This document shows positions 15,268-15,503 of a stretch of 15,503 bases of DNA, one piece after another. This DNA is from Chthonomonadales bacterium. GTDB lineage: Bacteria; Armatimonadota; Chthonomonadetes; Chthonomonadales; Chthonomonadaceae. How positions within the stretch are numbered: the first letter of the stretch is position 1; each line of letters starts with the position of its first letter. The stretch covers positions 1 to 15,503 of the forward strand of contig JBBQPO010000144.1 of the NCBI GenBank assembly GCA_038217285.1. Reading direction: 5' to 3'. A program made the translations under genes and the position numbers. The notes beneath the pieces were generated by a model. It was not told where the DNA came from, ran no database searches, and saw nothing but the letters and a program-made list of their open reading frames with translations.

Positions 15268-15503
15268 TATTGAAATGCTGCAAGGATCTTCGTGCCTCCG
15301 CCTCGCGAGATAATTCTATCGAAACGACGCGCGGCTATCGGCAAGAGGACGACCTCTCCTTGCATCCTCCTATCGTTGAATTTGTTCTAACCGATCGTTC
15401 GACGCACTCTCCGTAAATGCAGACGCACCGTGGCTTAATGATACCCGACAGGCAGGCTTCACGTTTAGGTTCCAGGCTAGCGAAGTGTTTTCGGCCCATT
15501 CCT

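Noticed and set aside
156-15273. Long antisense or alternate-frame ORFs (e.g. 156-1454, 5843-7084, 9876-11072, 10886-12550, 11377-12654, 13951-15273)
   Set aside because: These are shadow ORFs of well-supported genes in GC-rich DNA, with no motifs or RBS.
15268-15503. galK promoter (TAGAAT at 15313-15318, minus) and a possible upstream gene end
   Set aside because: The best -35 candidate is 20 nt away, and the open frames at the window edge are short and unrecognisable.

Overview
GC-rich bacterial chromosomal window with no rRNA, tRNA, CRISPR array or recognisable mobile element. The DUF6785/6784-type membrane protein is compatible with Armatimonadota-like bacteria, which is inference only. 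Gene order: a secreted GH110-like beta-helix glycosidase (+) that seems to lack an internal block; a minus-strand run of an LRR fragment, an exported ankyrin protein, a secreted beta-propeller, a Tat-exported intradiol dioxygenase-like protein and a Gfo/Idh/MocA oxidoreductase; murJ and a class V PLP enzyme (+); an orphan 110-aa ORF (-); a membrane-anchored zinc-ribbon protein (+); a CoA-binding/DoxX/DUF6785 operon (-); and galK (-). The most interesting stretch is the ~710-bp intergenic region 9277-9986. It holds two divergent ECF-like promoter motifs and a ~500-nt structured minus-strand leader with an internal intrinsic terminator, a competing antiterminator pairing and a 15-codon uORF. This is a candidate uncharacterised riboswitch, attenuator or sRNA. 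All structures and counts were derived by eye; no searches were run.
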